From the NCBI RefSeq assembly GCF_014279795.1, contig NZ_CP047945.1, positions 306,572 through 330,571 on the forward strand: 24,000 nt of DNA, written 5' to 3'. A program made the position numbers and the translations under genes. Position 1 is the stretch's first letter. The number at the start of each line of letters is the position of its first letter. Below, piece after piece: positions 10,062 through 20,746 of the stretch. The notes under the pieces were generated by a model, which was not told the DNA's origin, did not search any database, and saw only the letters and a program-made list of their open reading frames with translations. This DNA is from Synechococcus sp. PROS-7-1 (GTDB lineage: Bacteria > Cyanobacteriota > Cyanobacteriia > PCC-6307 > Cyanobiaceae).

Positions 10062-10483
10062 AAGCGTTTGCCATCAACCCGCTTCTGGCGGTGGCGTCGT
10101 GCGGCGTTGCGGGTGAATTCACTCACTGTTGGGTTGGCGGCAATCGGATCCACATGGGCCACCTGCTGCCAAAGCTCTCGTGGGGCCCAGCGCACCGTGT
10201 GCAACACGCGGTCGTGTTTGGTGATGTGGCACCAGTGCAGGCTGCGGCACAACGGGCAATACAGCTCCTCCAGCCATTCGTTATTGAGAACGAGCACGGG
10301 GTGGGCATTGATGATCAGCTGGGCGCGTTTGGCTGACACGCCCCGTTGTTGCAACTGCTGGGGGTTGAGCAGGTGCAGAAAGTACTTCTTGCCATTGCCC
10401 TCAATGTGCTGTTCCGGGTGCGCTGGGCAGAACAGCTCGCGCTTCTTGGGGCGACGTTGACGTCGTGGTTCGATGCAGACCAT
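10052..10483 (-). CDS. Hypothetical protein with a CPxxP/CPLC cysteine pattern (start taken at internal Met; track ORF runs to 10570)
   Basis: Open frame with compact composition: ELFCPAHPEQHIEGNGKKYFLHLL ... ELYCPLCRSLHWCHITKHD; no product could be assigned. Confidence 0.55.
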
Positions 10484-10568
10484 CGGGGCCCTTATCCACC
10501 AAAAAAAACTAGGTGAGCAGGCTGCTGGAACACAAGCAAGTAGGCCTGATGATTGCCTGAGTGGAATC

Positions 10569-10600
10569 AAAAAAAAGCCCCCGGCAGTCGTGCCGGAGGC
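10569..10600 (-). terminator. Rho-independent terminator downstream of psbJ
   Basis: Minus strand reads GCCTCCGGCA-CGAC-TGCCGGGGGC-TTTTTTTTT: 10-bp stem (one wobble), 4-nt loop, U run, just after the psbJ stop. Confidence 0.88.
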
Positions 10601-10625
10601 TTCAGATCAATCACTTGGTTCACAA

Positions 10626-10826
10626 TCAAGCGGAACCGACACCCGTATAAGAGCCGTAGAAGAAGAGGCCAACGACAAACAACACAGCCATGCCGCCGGC
10701 AGTGGCAACCAGCCAGAGAGGCAGGGTGCCTTCGGTCCAACGGGAACGCCAGGCAACAGCGGGACGACCATCGGGGAGACGATCGGGAATACGGCCGTCA
10801 GGAAGACCTGATTTCTTACCACTCAT
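10626..10826 (-). CDS. psbJ: Photosystem II reaction center protein J
   Basis: Ends [36 protein letters not shown]; follows psbL. Confidence 0.95.
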   Translation of the reverse strand: MSGKKSGLPDGRIPDRLPDGRPAVAWRSRWTEGTLPLWLVATAGGMAVLFVVGLFFYGSYTGVGSA

Positions 10827-10837
10827 GATTGGTTTCC

Positions 10838-10957
10838 TCAGTTGAAGAAGTAGCTGGAGAAGAGGATGCCCGTGGTGAACACCACCAACAAGCCCAGATA
10901 GAGGCTTGTGCGGTTCAGTTCAACCGGCAGGTTGTTGGGGTTGGGGTTGCGCTCCAT
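10838..10957 (-). CDS. psbL: Photosystem II protein L (not in ORF track)
   Basis: Reverse complement translates to [39 protein letters not shown]. Confidence 0.97.
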   Translation of the reverse strand: MERNPNPNNLPVELNRTSLYLGLLVVFTTGILFSSYFFN

Positions 10958-10975
10958 GGGGATGTCAGGAAGAAA

Positions 10976-11113
10976 TCAACGACGGATGAACTGCATGGCG
11001 GCCAGAGCGCCCAAGAAAAACACGGTGGGAACGCCCAAGGTGTGAACGGCGAGCCAACGCACCGTGAAGATCGGATAGTTGCGCGGCGTGGATGTTGCGG
11101 GGGATTGGGTCAT
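10976..11113 (-). CDS. psbF: Cytochrome b559 beta subunit (not in ORF track)
   Basis: Reverse complement translates to [45 protein letters not shown]. Confidence 0.97.
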   Translation of the reverse strand: MTQSPATSTPRNYPIFTVRWLAVHTLGVPTVFFLGALAAMQFIRR

Positions 11114-11123
11114 GGTTCAGGCT

Positions 11124-11372
11124 TTATTGCAGACGGTCGTCGAGTTGAGACTTGCCCTCGTAGCGCTGGCTCACGACCGGAGCTTTGCTTTCGGTGGCCT
11201 GGAAGTAGGCGTCAGGACGGGGTGTTCCGAAAGCGTCGTAGGCCAGGCCGGTGGACACAAACAGGAAACCCGCCAAAAAGATGGAGGGCAGTGTGATGGC
11301 GTGGATCACCCAGTAGCGGATGCTGGTGATGATCTCGAAAAACGGGCGTTCCCCGGTGGAGCCGGCGGCCAT
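11124..11372 (-). CDS. psbE: Cytochrome b559 alpha subunit
   Basis: [57 protein letters not shown]... Confidence 0.98.
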   Translation of the reverse strand: MAAGSTGERPFFEIITSIRYWVIHAITLPSIFLAGFLFVSTGLAYDAFGTPRPDAYFQATESKAPVVSQRYEGKSQLDDRLQ

Positions 11373-11408
11373 GACTTCGGGCGTATCAGCTTGGTGATCC
11401 TAGGGGTA

Positions 11409-11435
11409 GGGCTCCGGCCTTCGCGGCCGGGGCCT
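11409..11435. other. Strong GC-rich hairpin between ycf48 and psbE
   Basis: GGGCTCCGGCC-TTCGC-GGCCGGGGCCT forms an 11-bp stem (with G:T wobbles) that can extend with a bulge; no U run on either strand. Confidence 0.8.
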
Positions 11436-11459
11436 GCCCATGGTTACGAAGCGTTGCCC

Positions 11460-12470
11460 TCAGCTCACTGCCGTCCAGTGCAGCAGCAAGCCACGTTCTC
11501 CGAGCAGGAACGCGTGCTCCTGCCCCTCGCTGTCGTCGAAGACGAAGCGATTGAAATTGGTTGGTGCCTGGCGGCTTTCGGGATCGCGCTCCCAGCTGTC
11601 GCCTCCATCACGGCTCACCAGCAGGGTGCCGTTGCCGCCACCGGCCCAGATGGCACCATCCTTCGACCAGGCCATGTCCATGTAGCCGTAGCCGTTGGTG
11701 ATGGGAATGATTGGCTTGTTCCAGCTCTCGGGGTCCTGAGCGTTGTCATTGAGACGAATCTGAGCGCCCCGGGCCACCATCCACAGGTTTCCATCCGGCT
11801 GGTAACCAATGCTTTGCAGCCTCTGGCTGCTCACGCGCTGGTGCACCTGCCACACCTCCTGTCCTGGAGTCCAGGTGGCGTAGAAGTTGCCCAGGCTGCT
11901 CACACTCACGTAGCCGCCGTCAGCACTGCGGCGCAGGTCGCGCACCGCACCGGCTGCATCACTCACCTCCGCTTCCCAGCTGCCGCCGCCGTCGCGGGTG
12001 CGATACACCGCGCCAACGTTGGTGGCCAGTTCAGCGCTGTCGGGTCCCAGCGCGGTGATCAGGTAAGGCTCGCCAGGAAGCTTGGTGTCAAGGAACAAGC
12101 GGGTCCAGTTCTGGCCGCCATCGGTGGTGTGCATCAGCAGGCCAGGCTGGCCTGCGATCCAGCCGTCGTCTCCCTCAAAAGCAATGCTGAGCAGGCGGAA
12201 GTTCTCCTCATCGGGGAGATCAAGGCTGCGTTCGTTCCAACTGGAACCGCCGTCGTTGGTTTCAAGGATCAAGCGGTTGCTGCCCACAAGAAAGCCGTGA
12301 TCCGCACTGGTGAAGGCCACATCCAGAGGATTGGCGTCGGTGTTGAGATCCACAACCTGCCAGGGACTGCTCGTGGCCACAGGAACACGGGTGGTGACAC
12401 AGCCGCCGAGGCCGAAGCCGATGCAGGCCACCAGCACGAGCTGGATCAGGGGTTTAAGCAGAGAAAACAT
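11460..12470 (-). CDS. ycf48: Photosystem II assembly factor Ycf48 (lipoprotein); start at 12470 rather than the 12554 in the track
   Basis: MFSLLKPLIQLVLVACIGFGLGGCVTT lipobox-like signal, then repeated W..V...T.....V.F......G...G..G.....DGG..W beta-propeller blades. Confidence 0.95.
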   Translation of the reverse strand: MFSLLKPLIQLVLVACIGFGLGGCVTTRVPVATSSPWQVVDLNTDANPLDVAFTSADHGFLVGSNRLILETNDGGSSWNERSLDLPDEENFRLLSIAFEGDDGWIAGQPGLLMHTTDGGQNWTRLFLDTKLPGEPYLITALGPDSAELATNVGAVYRTRDGGGSWEAEVSDAAGAVRDLRRSADGGYVSVSSLGNFYATWTPGQEVWQVHQRVSSQRLQSIGYQPDGNLWMVARGAQIRLNDNAQDPESWNKPIIPITNGYGYMDMAWSKDGAIWAGGGNGTLLVSRDGGDSWERDPESRQAPTNFNRFVFDDSEGQEHAFLLGERGLLLHWTAVS

Positions 12471-12501
12471 GCCGGGCACAGAAAACAATGGGGCGGCGCG
12501 A

Positions 12502-12918
12502 TCAACGCAGGGAGTACAGCGAAAGGAAAAAGGCAAAGCCGAGGAGCAGGCCACCGAAGATCAGAACATTCTTCTGTCCCGGGGTCAGGCGATTGACGCC
12601 CAGGCCGTAGTTGAGGTTCTCTTCGAAACCACTGGCCTTGGAGCGGGGGCCGATGTCGCGGAAGGCACCAACCCTGCTGCGGCAAACCGGGCATCGGAAG
12701 CTGGCTGCATCCAGATCTTCAAAGGCGGTGCCACTCGGTATCGCCAGCTTCTTGACCCCCTCGTCGGGGTCGTACACGTAGCCACAGCTGCGGCATTCGA
12801 AGCGGTGGGTGCGCGGATCCGTCGCTTCAGCGAGGGTCTGTTCGGCGGGCGCCTGGGGAGCTTCGGATTCGGCGTCCTCAGCTGCAACGTGGTCTGGGGC
12901 CTGTGATTCGTCGCTCAC
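12502..12918 (-). CDS. rubA: Membrane-anchored rubredoxin
   Basis: RFECRSCGYVYDPDEG...FRCPVCRSRVGAF and C-terminal TM helix VLIFGGLLLGFAFFLSLYSL; immediately upstream of ycf48. Confidence 0.95.
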   Translation of the reverse strand: MSDESQAPDHVAAEDAESEAPQAPAEQTLAEATDPRTHRFECRSCGYVYDPDEGVKKLAIPSGTAFEDLDAASFRCPVCRSRVGAFRDIGPRSKASGFEENLNYGLGVNRLTPGQKNVLIFGGLLLGFAFFLSLYSLR

Positions 12919-13018
12919 CGTCGCTCATCCGGGCTCTATCACTCTATCGGCGTGATCACGGCAAACGTCAGATGGCGCCTGCAAATGCCAGACTGACCCG
13001 CAGATCGGAGCCCATTGG

Positions 13019-13381
13019 ATGTTTGTGCTTCCGGGATACGACGCCTTCCTCGGCTTTCTGCTGATCGCAGCAGCCGTTCCTGTGCTGGCGTTGGTGACCA
13101 ACAAACTGCTGGCGCCTCGAAGTCAGGCCGGAGAGCGACAGCTCACCTACGAATCCGGAATGGAGCCGATCGGCGGTGCCTGGATTCAGTTCAATATCCG
13201 CTACTACATGTTCGCGCTGGTCTTCGTGATCTTCGACGTGGAGACCGTGTTCCTATATCCCTGGGCAGTGGCCTTCCATCGCCTGGGCTTGCTGGCGTTC
13301 ATCGAAGCTCTGATTTTTATCGCCATCCTTGTGGTGGCTCTCGCCTACGCCTGGCGCAAGGGCGCTCTGGAGTGGAGCTGA
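13019..13381 (+). CDS. ndhC: NAD(P)H-quinone oxidoreductase subunit 3
   Basis: [48 protein letters not shown]. Confidence 0.97.
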   Translation: MFVLPGYDAFLGFLLIAAAVPVLALVTNKLLAPRSQAGERQLTYESGMEPIGGAWIQFNIRYYMFALVFVIFDVETVFLYPWAVAFHRLGLLAFIEALIFIAILVVALAYAWRKGALEWS

Positions 13382-13385
13382 CCCC

Positions 13386-14159
13386 ATGACCTCATCCACT
13401 GATCGTTCTGCCATGGCCGGAGACTCCCCTTCCATTCAGGCGCTGCGCGATCTGCGCGAGGCCAGCTGCAGTCCCGTTGCTGGTGCTGCTGACGGCGTCC
13501 CCACGGTGACCCAGGACCTGAGTGAGAACGTGATCCTCACGAGCCTCGACGATCTCCACAACTGGGCCCGCTTGAGCAGCCTCTGGCCGCTTCTCTACGG
13601 CACAGCTTGCTGCTTCATTGAATTTGCGGCATTGCTTGGGTCTCGTTTCGATTTCGACCGTTTCGGGCTTGTGCCCCGCAGCTCGCCGCGCCAAGCCGAC
13701 CTGCTCATCGTGGCCGGCACGGTGACGATGAAAATGGCTCCTGCCCTGGTGAGGCTCTACGAACAGATGCCTGAGCCGAAGTATGTGATTGCCATGGGCG
13801 CCTGCACCATCACCGGTGGAATGTTCAGTGCCGATTCCACAACGGCGGTGCGTGGCGTTGACAAGCTCATCCCCGTGGATCTCTACATGCCGGGTTGCCC
13901 CCCTCGCCCGGAAGCGATCTTTGATGCGGTGATCAAACTCAGAAAGAAGGTGGCCAACGAATCCGTCGCCGATCGTCGTCAGCTGAAGCAAACCCATCGG
14001 TATTGCACCGTTGAGCATGCGATGACCCCAGTGGAACCCATCGTGACGGGTGCCTATCTCCGTGCTGAAACCCAAGTGGCTGCGCTCCAGCCTGGCGCTG
14101 GCTTGCCCATGCCTGCCCTGGAAACCGCGGACGCTGTTCAAACCTCTGAGCCCTCATGA
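13386..14159 (+). CDS. ndhK: NAD(P)H-quinone oxidoreductase subunit K (start at 13386)
   Basis: [45 protein letters not shown]..., [27 protein letters not shown]. Confidence 0.97.
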   Translation: MTSSTDRSAMAGDSPSIQALRDLREASCSPVAGAADGVPTVTQDLSENVILTSLDDLHNWARLSSLWPLLYGTACCFIEFAALLGSRFDFDRFGLVPRSSPRQADLLIVAGTVTMKMAPALVRLYEQMPEPKYVIAMGACTITGGMFSADSTTAVRGVDKLIPVDLYMPGCPPRPEAIFDAVIKLRKKVANESVADRRQLKQTHRYCTVEHAMTPVEPIVTGAYLRAETQVAALQPGAGLPMPALETADAVQTSEPS

Positions 14160-14704
14160 GCACCACTCCTGACAAGCAAGTGACTGATGACGCTCCTGTG
14201 GCCGTGGCCCCTGAGCCTGGCCCTGTCAGCCAATGGCTCAGCCAGCAGGGCTTCGAGCATGAGCTGCTCGAGCCCGATCATGTGGGCGTTGAGCAGATCG
14301 CTGTCGAGGCCCTGTTTCTGCCGGTGATCGCCGCGGCACTCAAGAGCCATGGGTTTGACTATCTGCAGTGCCAGGGCGGCTACGACGAAGGCCCCGGCGA
14401 GCGGCTGGTGTGCTTCTACCACCTGCTGGCCATGGCAGAAGTCACCGAAGGTGGCGCCGACCAGGTGCGTGAAGTGCGCTTGAAAGTGTTCTTGTCCCGA
14501 GACGGGCAGCCCAGCGTTCCCAGCCTCTACGGGCTGTTCCGAGGTGCCGACTGGCAGGAGAGGGAGACCTTCGACATGTTTGGCATTCAGTTCGAAGGCC
14601 ATCCCCATCCCAAGCGCCTGCTCATGCCGGAAGACTGGACCGGCTGGCCCCTGCGCAAGGATTACGTCCAACCTGATTTCTACGAAATGCAGGACGCCTA
14701 TTGA
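14156..14704 (+). CDS. ndhJ: NAD(P)H-quinone oxidoreductase subunit J
   Basis: [60 protein letters not shown]; ATGA overlap with ndhK. Confidence 0.97.
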   Translation: MSTTPDKQVTDDAPVAVAPEPGPVSQWLSQQGFEHELLEPDHVGVEQIAVEALFLPVIAAALKSHGFDYLQCQGGYDEGPGERLVCFYHLLAMAEVTEGGADQVREVRLKVFLSRDGQPSVPSLYGLFRGADWQERETFDMFGIQFEGHPHPKRLLMPEDWTGWPLRKDYVQPDFYEMQDAY

Positions 14705-16077
14705 TGAGCGGCTTGCTGGCTGGCTGAGCTCTGAAGATCTCTCTTGTGTTTGCGGTAATAGCGCATCACAGCCAGAGCCAAGGAGCGTGGATCGTGACGC
14801 AGGGTGGCCGTGGGTCTGCTGCCCTGAAGAGGGGCTTCCATCACTTCATATCCTTCGGCCATCAACTGCCGCCTGTTGCAAACAACAGGGTCAGCGCCTC
14901 TGGATCGGTAGTGAGCAATCAAAGGAGAATCCGCGATCGCTTCCTGAGCCAGCACGGCGTCGAACAGCCGCTGATTGATGCCGAGTGAGGCCAATTGCGC
15001 TTCGATCGCCCGCAGGTGGCCGCTCACATCGAGCCCATCGGTTTCGCCGGGCTGGGTCATCAGATTGCAGATGTAGAGCCTTGGAGCACGGCTGCGTTGA
15101 ATCGCTGTCACCAGTTCGGGCACCAGCAGATTCGGAAGCAGTGATGTGTACAGGCTCCCGGGGCCCAGCAGGATCAGATCTGCCTGGGAAATAGCCTCCA
15201 GAGCTCTCGGGAGAGCCGGTGGTCGCTCCGGCAAACAACCCAGACGCACGATCGGGCTCGGCGCCTTGCCGATGGCGGATTCCCCTTCGATGCGGCGCCC
15301 GTCCTCCAGTTCTGCCCACAGCCGGACATCGGCATTGGTGGCCGGTACCACCTGGCCCTGCACGGCCAGCACGCGGCTCGAGGCGGTGATCGCCGTTTCG
15401 AGATTGCCTGTAATCGCTGTCAGTGCCGAGAGAAAGAGATTGCCGAAGCTGTGGCCTTCCAGTCCTGTTCCCGAGGAGAAGCGGTATTGAAACAGGCGCG
15501 TCAGCAGTGGTTCTTCAGTGGAGAGTGCAGCCAAGCAATTGCGGATGTCGCCCGGTGGTTGCACCCCAAGCTCGCGGCGCAGCACACCGCTGCTGCCTCC
15601 GTCGTCGGCCACCGTGACGATGGCGGTGATGTGGCTGCTGTAGCGCTTCAAACCGCTGAGCAGAGTGGACAACCCAGTGCCACCGCCGATGGCCACGATG
15701 TTGGGTCCCCGGTTCAGCCGGCTCTTAGCGCGCAGAGCGTCCACCAGAACGGTGTCTTTTTCAGGAGCGAGAGCCTGCTGGATCGAACCGAAGCTGCGGC
15801 TCTGGCCCCAAAGAAGCAGGCCGATCCCCACGAGCAGCACGAGCGGACCGGTGATTCCACGGGGCATCACGCGCGTGATCCAGCCAAGGGCTTCCTGGAT
15901 GGCCCAGAGTGTCCAGTAAATCGGCTGAAGGTCGGCCCAAACGGCCGCACCGAGCAGGGCTAGCACCAGTCCGATGCCCGAGGTGAGCAGCCAACGCTTC
16001 ACCACCAGCCCGGGCTGCAGCCAGCGCATGGCACGCCGGGAGCGCAGCATCAAATCGCGCTGCCGCTCCGCCTGCAT
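14698..16077 (-). CDS. YvcK/CofD-like family protein (gluconeogenesis-factor-type) with N-terminal membrane segments; track start is 16158
   Basis: [94 protein letters not shown]. Confidence 0.93.
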   Translation of the reverse strand: MQAERQRDLMLRSRRAMRWLQPGLVVKRWLLTSGIGLVLALLGAAVWADLQPIYWTLWAIQEALGWITRVMPRGITGPLVLLVGIGLLLWGQSRSFGSIQQALAPEKDTVLVDALRAKSRLNRGPNIVAIGGGTGLSTLLSGLKRYSSHITAIVTVADDGGSSGVLRRELGVQPPGDIRNCLAALSTEEPLLTRLFQYRFSSGTGLEGHSFGNLFLSALTAITGNLETAITASSRVLAVQGQVVPATNADVRLWAELEDGRRIEGESAIGKAPSPIVRLGCLPERPPALPRALEAISQADLILLGPGSLYTSLLPNLLVPELVTAIQRSRAPRLYICNLMTQPGETDGLDVSGHLRAIEAQLASLGINQRLFDAVLAQEAIADSPLIAHYRSRGADPVVCNRRQLMAEGYEVMEAPLQGSRPTATLRHDPRSLALAVMRYYRKHKRDLQSSASQQAAHQ

Positions 16078-16244
16078 CGCGCGGATGCGTTGACGGTTTC
16101 CGCGGCGTGGAGGACTGGTCAAGTGCGATCCGAAGCGAGGGGTTCGCATCCCTTGCAATCAGCAAACTCTACGGAAGCTGGCCCCAATGGCCATCCCCCC
16201 ATGGCAAACGCGGCAGGATGGTTTGAGATGTCAAGCGGCCCCCT

Positions 16245-17054
16245 ATGAGCCGGCCGAGCGCCACCCCAGCAACAACGCAGACGCCCGTGGTGGAGTTGCG
16301 CGACCTCACCATGCAATGGGGCCCTCGGCCCGTGCTCGATCGTGTGTCGCTCACGATGAAACCTGGCGAGCGGATTGCCGTTGTCGGCCCCTCCGGTGCC
16401 GGTAAGTCAACGGTGTTGCGCTTGCTTGCTGGTCTGCAGCTGCCAACGGCTGGTGAACTGCGCCTCTTCGGTGAACCGCAGACCTACCTGCGCCTCGACC
16501 AGCGTCGACCTCAGGATGTGCGACTGGTGTTTCAGAACCCAGCCCTGCTGGCCTCTCTCACGGTGGAGGAAAACGTCGGGTTTCTGCTGACACGCCTGGG
16601 TCGCCTGAAGCCAGCTCAGATCCGAGAACGGGTGAAGCAGTGCCTGGAAGCCGTCGGGCTTCATGAAGTGGCCGACAAGTACCCAGGCCAGCTGAGTGGC
16701 GGCATGCAGAAACGGGTGAGCTTCGCTCGGGCTTTGATCGATGATCCCGACCGTGAAGAGGGTGCGATGCCTCTTCTCCTTTACGACGAGCCCACAGCTG
16801 GCCTGGATCCGGTGGCGTCCACTCGGATTGAAGACCTCATTGTGAAAACCACCACCGTGGCGCGCGGCTGCTCGGTGGTGGTGAGTCACGTTCACAGCAC
16901 GATCGAGCGCTCCGCTGAACGGATCGTGATGTTGTACGGCGGGCGCTTTCAGTGGGATGGAACCGTCGAGGAGTACCGCAATTCAGACAATCCTTACGTT
17001 GTTCAGTTCAGGACGGGTAATCTGCGCGGGCCGATGCAACCCTCCGACCATTAA
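16245..17054 (+). CDS. ABC transporter ATP-binding protein, MlaF/TGD3-like
   Basis: VGPSGAGKSTVLRLLAG (Walker A), LSGGMQKRVSFARAL signature, LLLYDEPTAGLDP; followed directly by an MCE-domain gene. Confidence 0.92.
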   Translation: MSRPSATPATTQTPVVELRDLTMQWGPRPVLDRVSLTMKPGERIAVVGPSGAGKSTVLRLLAGLQLPTAGELRLFGEPQTYLRLDQRRPQDVRLVFQNPALLASLTVEENVGFLLTRLGRLKPAQIRERVKQCLEAVGLHEVADKYPGQLSGGMQKRVSFARALIDDPDREEGAMPLLLYDEPTAGLDPVASTRIEDLIVKTTTVARGCSVVVSHVHSTIERSAERIVMLYGGRFQWDGTVEEYRNSDNPYVVQFRTGNLRGPMQPSDH

Positions 17055-17057
17055 TTC

Positions 17058-17987
17058 ATGCGCCGTAGTGTCCGCGAAGCCCTTGTCGGTTTTTCGCTCG
17101 TTGGAGCGATCGCCGGATTTGCCGGCACCATGCTTTGGCTTAGGGGGGTGCGTTTGGGCTCAGAAACCTGGACGGTTCAGGCGGATTTCCAGAATGCCAG
17201 TGGTCTGGCTGATCGCTCGCCTGTCACCTTCAGGGGAATCACTGTGGGGACGGTGCGAGCGATTGAAGTCACCCCCATGGCTGTTCGGGCCACCATTGAA
17301 ATCAACCAGGACAACCTCAGGCTTCCCTTGCCAGTGACGGCCACTGTCTCTTCGGCCTCTCTGCTCGGGGGAGATTCTCAGGTGGAGCTCATCACCACAG
17401 GACGTCCGGTGCCCAAAAACGCGCCATCGCCGAAAGCGGGGAACTGCAAAAACAGTGGTGTGCTGTGCGCGGGTGCCACGATTCCCGGTCAGTCGGGAGC
17501 CAGCCTCACATCCGTGACCACCAGTTTGGAGCAGCTGCTCGATCAGGCACAGAAGTCCAACCTGATCCCCCAGCTTGTGGAGTCCACCAAACAGTTTGGA
17601 ACGACCAGTGAGGACGCTTCCAAATTTCTCGACACTGCTGACGTGGCAGCCCAAAACGTGGATGCTCTCGTGCAACAACTGCGCGCTGAGGTGTCCCGTG
17701 CCCAGCCCACGATCGACAATCTCAACCGGGCCACTGCCGAAGCGGCGTCTGCCGCGGCCAGCATCAATAACCTCGCCAAGGCGTTTGATAACCCTGAAAC
17801 GGTGGGTGATCTCAAGCAGACCGTCACCAACGCCAGGAAGCTGACGGCCCGCATTGATGCGGTGGGCGGAGACATCGAACAACTCACCGATGATCGCCAG
17901 TTCATGCAAGGCCTCCGCAGCGTGATGATCGGCCTCGGCGCCTTCTTTGATGAGGTGTACCCGGCCAAGACGGGCACATCGAACTAG
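17058..17987 (+). CDS. MCE/MlaD-family substrate-binding protein
   Basis: N-terminal TM helix then VQADFQNASGLADRSPVTFRGITVGTVRAIEVTPMAVRATIEI; coiled-coil-like C-terminus. Confidence 0.9.
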   Translation: MRRSVREALVGFSLVGAIAGFAGTMLWLRGVRLGSETWTVQADFQNASGLADRSPVTFRGITVGTVRAIEVTPMAVRATIEINQDNLRLPLPVTATVSSASLLGGDSQVELITTGRPVPKNAPSPKAGNCKNSGVLCAGATIPGQSGASLTSVTTSLEQLLDQAQKSNLIPQLVESTKQFGTTSEDASKFLDTADVAAQNVDALVQQLRAEVSRAQPTIDNLNRATAEAASAAASINNLAKAFDNPETVGDLKQTVTNARKLTARIDAVGGDIEQLTDDRQFMQGLRSVMIGLGAFFDEVYPAKTGTSN

Positions 17988-17997
17988 CGGATCAGGT

Positions 17998-20181
17998 TCA
18001 AGTCACGGAATTGATGGCCTCCATGGCCACGGCTGCGATTGCCTGATCACTGGCTTTCGGCAGCTGCACATATTTCCCCCCAGCCGCTTCTGCCAGATCC
18101 TTGCCCATGCCGCTGCCGATGAATTTGCGTTCGGTGTCGATCACCAGCAGCTTGAGACCAAGCATCCGGTAGCGGCTGGCCACATCGAGCACTTCCTGCT
18201 TGAGATCGGGCTTCTCTTCACCTTCAAGCTCCGGCTGGCCCAGGGATGTGCTGAGGGGAACGTTGCCGCGCCCGTCCGTGATGGCGACCACCACCACCTG
18301 CCCTAGATCGCCTGTGGCTAGGGCATTGGCACCGACGCGGGCCGCCTGGGTGAGGCCATGGGCCAGCGGTGAACCACCGCCGCAGGGCATGGATTCCAGC
18401 CGCCGGCGGGCGGCCGTGATCGAGCGGGTGGGTGGCAACAGCACCTCCGCCTGATCGCCGCGAAAGGGAATCAGCGCCACTTCATCGCGGTTTTCATAGG
18501 CTTCCGTGAGCAGACGGATCACGGCACCTTTGGCGCTCTGCATCCTGTTCAGAGCCATGGATCCACTGGCATCCACCAGGAAAATCACCAGGGCTCCTGC
18601 TTGTCGCTGCAGCAGCTTGGCGCGCAGATCCGCCTCTTCCACAATCACGGTGCGATCCGGTTGGCGTGCCCGCCGGGCTTTTTGGTACGGCGCGGCTGCT
18701 CGGAGCGTGGCATCGACGGCGATGCGCCGGACGGGACCGCGGGGGAGCATCGGCTTCACGTAACGGCCACGGCTGTCACTGAGCACCACGGAACGGCTGC
18801 CACTGTTGCCGCTTTTGCTTTTGGCGGCATTGAACAACAGCAGGTCGGGATCGATTGCCACCGCCTCGGGATCCAGCATGAACTCCTCTGGTACCGATGG
18901 CGGTGCCTCGTCCTGCTCCGAGTCCTCATCGTCGTCGCTGTTGTCGTCATCGTTGTCGCTGTCGTCGCTGCTGTCGTCTGGCGGATCGTTGTCATCCTCA
19001 GCGGACCCCTCGGGTGGGGGAGGCGTTTCGTCGTTGTTCTGCTCACCGGAGTCCGGTGGCGGCGGGGACTGATCCTCCGGTTGCTCGGGCGGTGGCGGTG
19101 GCTCCATCTGCTGATCCGGTGGTGGTAGCTGGGAGGCCCGTGGCGCAATCACCAGGGCTACGGCCACCTGCAAGTCGTCGGCGTCGACTTGATCGCGGCC
19201 ACTGAGGGCCGCATGGGCCTTGGCCACGCGCACGGCATACAACTCGGAGCGATGGCCTTCGACCCCACCGCGGATGGCTTCTGTGACCAGGTATTCGATC
19301 TGCTCGCGGCTGATTTGCACATCCGGGAGCCATTGCCGTGCCAGCAGTAGCTGGGTGGCCAGGGCATCGGTGTCCTCCTTCCAGCGCTCCGCGAAGCTGC
19401 GGCTGCACTGTCCATGGCTGAGCACCGCGTTGGTGATCTCAACCCGCTGCTCAGTGTTGACGAGTTGATTGGCAGAGAGTGCAATCGCGAAGCGATCGAG
19501 CAGATGGTCGCGGACGTTGCCTTCCTCTGGGTTGTAGGTGGCAATCAACAGGGGCCGGCAGGGGTGGCTGAGGCTCAGACCCTCGCGTTCCACCTGGTTC
19601 TCGCCGGCTCCCACGGCGGCCAACAGCAGATTGACGATGCCGTCATCCAACAGGTTGAGCTCGTCCACATACAGCACACCCCGATGGGCCTCGGCCAGGA
19701 GGCCAGGTTGAAACACAGGGCTGCCACTGCTGAGGGAGGCGGTGACATCGACGGCACCCACGAGGCGGTCTTCCGTGATGCCGAGGGGCACCTGCACGAA
19801 AGGAGCCGGAATGACCCGTGCCGGTGGTTCAGCGCTCAGCTGCTCCCGGCTCGCTGCATCCCATTCCTCAGGGCGAGTGGGATCGAGGTTGCGCCCTGGG
19901 CCTGAGGGAACACCTGCCGCCTCTGGATCCAAGACTTCGATCGGAGGCAGAAGCGCATGCAGTCCCCGCGCCAGCACGGACTTGCCGGTGCCGCGTCCCC
20001 CGGCGATGATCACTCCGCCCAATCCCGGGTCGACGGCTGCCAGCATTAACGCCAGTTTGAGCGTGCCGTGGCCTGTGATCGCAGCCAAGGGGAACGCGCG
20101 GTTCGCCTGGTCCTGAGCGGCCGTGCTTCTCACTCCATCGGCAACCCCTCCACCTGAAACCATGAACGTTGTCCGACCCAT
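17998..20181 (-). CDS. chlD: Magnesium chelatase subunit D (start at 20181 or 20163)
   Basis: [46 protein letters not shown], Asp/Pro-rich linker, [20 protein letters not shown] motif in a VWA domain. Confidence 0.97.
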   Translation of the reverse strand: MGRTTFMVSGGGVADGVRSTAAQDQANRAFPLAAITGHGTLKLALMLAAVDPGLGGVIIAGGRGTGKSVLARGLHALLPPIEVLDPEAAGVPSGPGRNLDPTRPEEWDAASREQLSAEPPARVIPAPFVQVPLGITEDRLVGAVDVTASLSSGSPVFQPGLLAEAHRGVLYVDELNLLDDGIVNLLLAAVGAGENQVEREGLSLSHPCRPLLIATYNPEEGNVRDHLLDRFAIALSANQLVNTEQRVEITNAVLSHGQCSRSFAERWKEDTDALATQLLLARQWLPDVQISREQIEYLVTEAIRGGVEGHRSELYAVRVAKAHAALSGRDQVDADDLQVAVALVIAPRASQLPPPDQQMEPPPPPEQPEDQSPPPPDSGEQNNDETPPPPEGSAEDDNDPPDDSSDDSDNDDDNSDDDEDSEQDEAPPSVPEEFMLDPEAVAIDPDLLLFNAAKSKSGNSGSRSVVLSDSRGRYVKPMLPRGPVRRIAVDATLRAAAPYQKARRARQPDRTVIVEEADLRAKLLQRQAGALVIFLVDASGSMALNRMQSAKGAVIRLLTEAYENRDEVALIPFRGDQAEVLLPPTRSITAARRRLESMPCGGGSPLAHGLTQAARVGANALATGDLGQVVVVAITDGRGNVPLSTSLGQPELEGEEKPDLKQEVLDVASRYRMLGLKLLVIDTERKFIGSGMGKDLAEAAGGKYVQLPKASDQAIAAVAMEAINSVT

Positions 20182-20184
20182 CGC

Positions 20185-20697
20185 GTGAGCGCCAGTCTCG
20201 CTGATCAGCCCAACGATCTGGCCGTGGCCCTTGGCGGCAATCGTCCAGGCCCTACCGGTGATCCTCGCCGCACCCTGATCGCTGTTCGCCCCAGGCTCGA
20301 GCAGCTGTTGCTGCGCTGGTCTGAACCTGGTGATGCCTCAGGACTGGTGTGCTCCTGGTCGCCTTTGCTGATGACCGACCCCGTGGGCGGACCCAGCGGT
20401 CAGCCCATGTATTGCAACGCGGTGGTGCTCCTCAGGGGCGTCCAGCGCGCCTGCAATGCCCGCGATGCTTTGCAGCTACTGGATCAGTTGCATGACCTAG
20501 AGCGTGCGTTTGGCCGTGATCGTGCCCGCGAACAGCGCTGGGGACCGCGCACCCTGGATCTTGATCTGCTGTTCTGGGGCGCCTGGCGCCTGGACCATCC
20601 GCGTCTGGTGCTTCCCCACCCTCGCCTGCATCTGCGGCCTTTTGTGATGGAGCCTTTGCTGGCCGCCATGGGGGAATCCGTGAACTGGACTGCATGA
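20185..20697 (+). CDS. folK: 2-amino-4-hydroxy-6-hydroxymethyldihydropteridine pyrophosphokinase (GTG start in track)
   Basis: [63 protein letters not shown]. Confidence 0.93.
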   Translation: MSASLADQPNDLAVALGGNRPGPTGDPRRTLIAVRPRLEQLLLRWSEPGDASGLVCSWSPLLMTDPVGGPSGQPMYCNAVVLLRGVQRACNARDALQLLDQLHDLERAFGRDRAREQRWGPRTLDLDLLFWGAWRLDHPRLVLPHPRLHLRPFVMEPLLAAMGESVNWTA

Positions 20698-20746
20698 GAG
20701 TCCCTGGATTCATGCGCCATGCTGGGGCACCCTGAGCCCCTGCTCC

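Noticed and set aside
11079-12596. 505 aa plus-strand ORF spanning psbE, ycf48 and rubA
   Set aside because: Entirely antisense to three well-supported genes; low-complexity Val/Ala/Gly/His-rich translation typical of GC-rich shadow frames.
13392-14141. 249 aa minus-strand ORF
   Set aside because: Antisense to ndhK.
18897-19205. Repetitive-looking sequence rich in tcgtcgtcatcg
   Set aside because: It encodes the expected Asp/Pro-rich linker of ChlD, not a stand-alone repeat.
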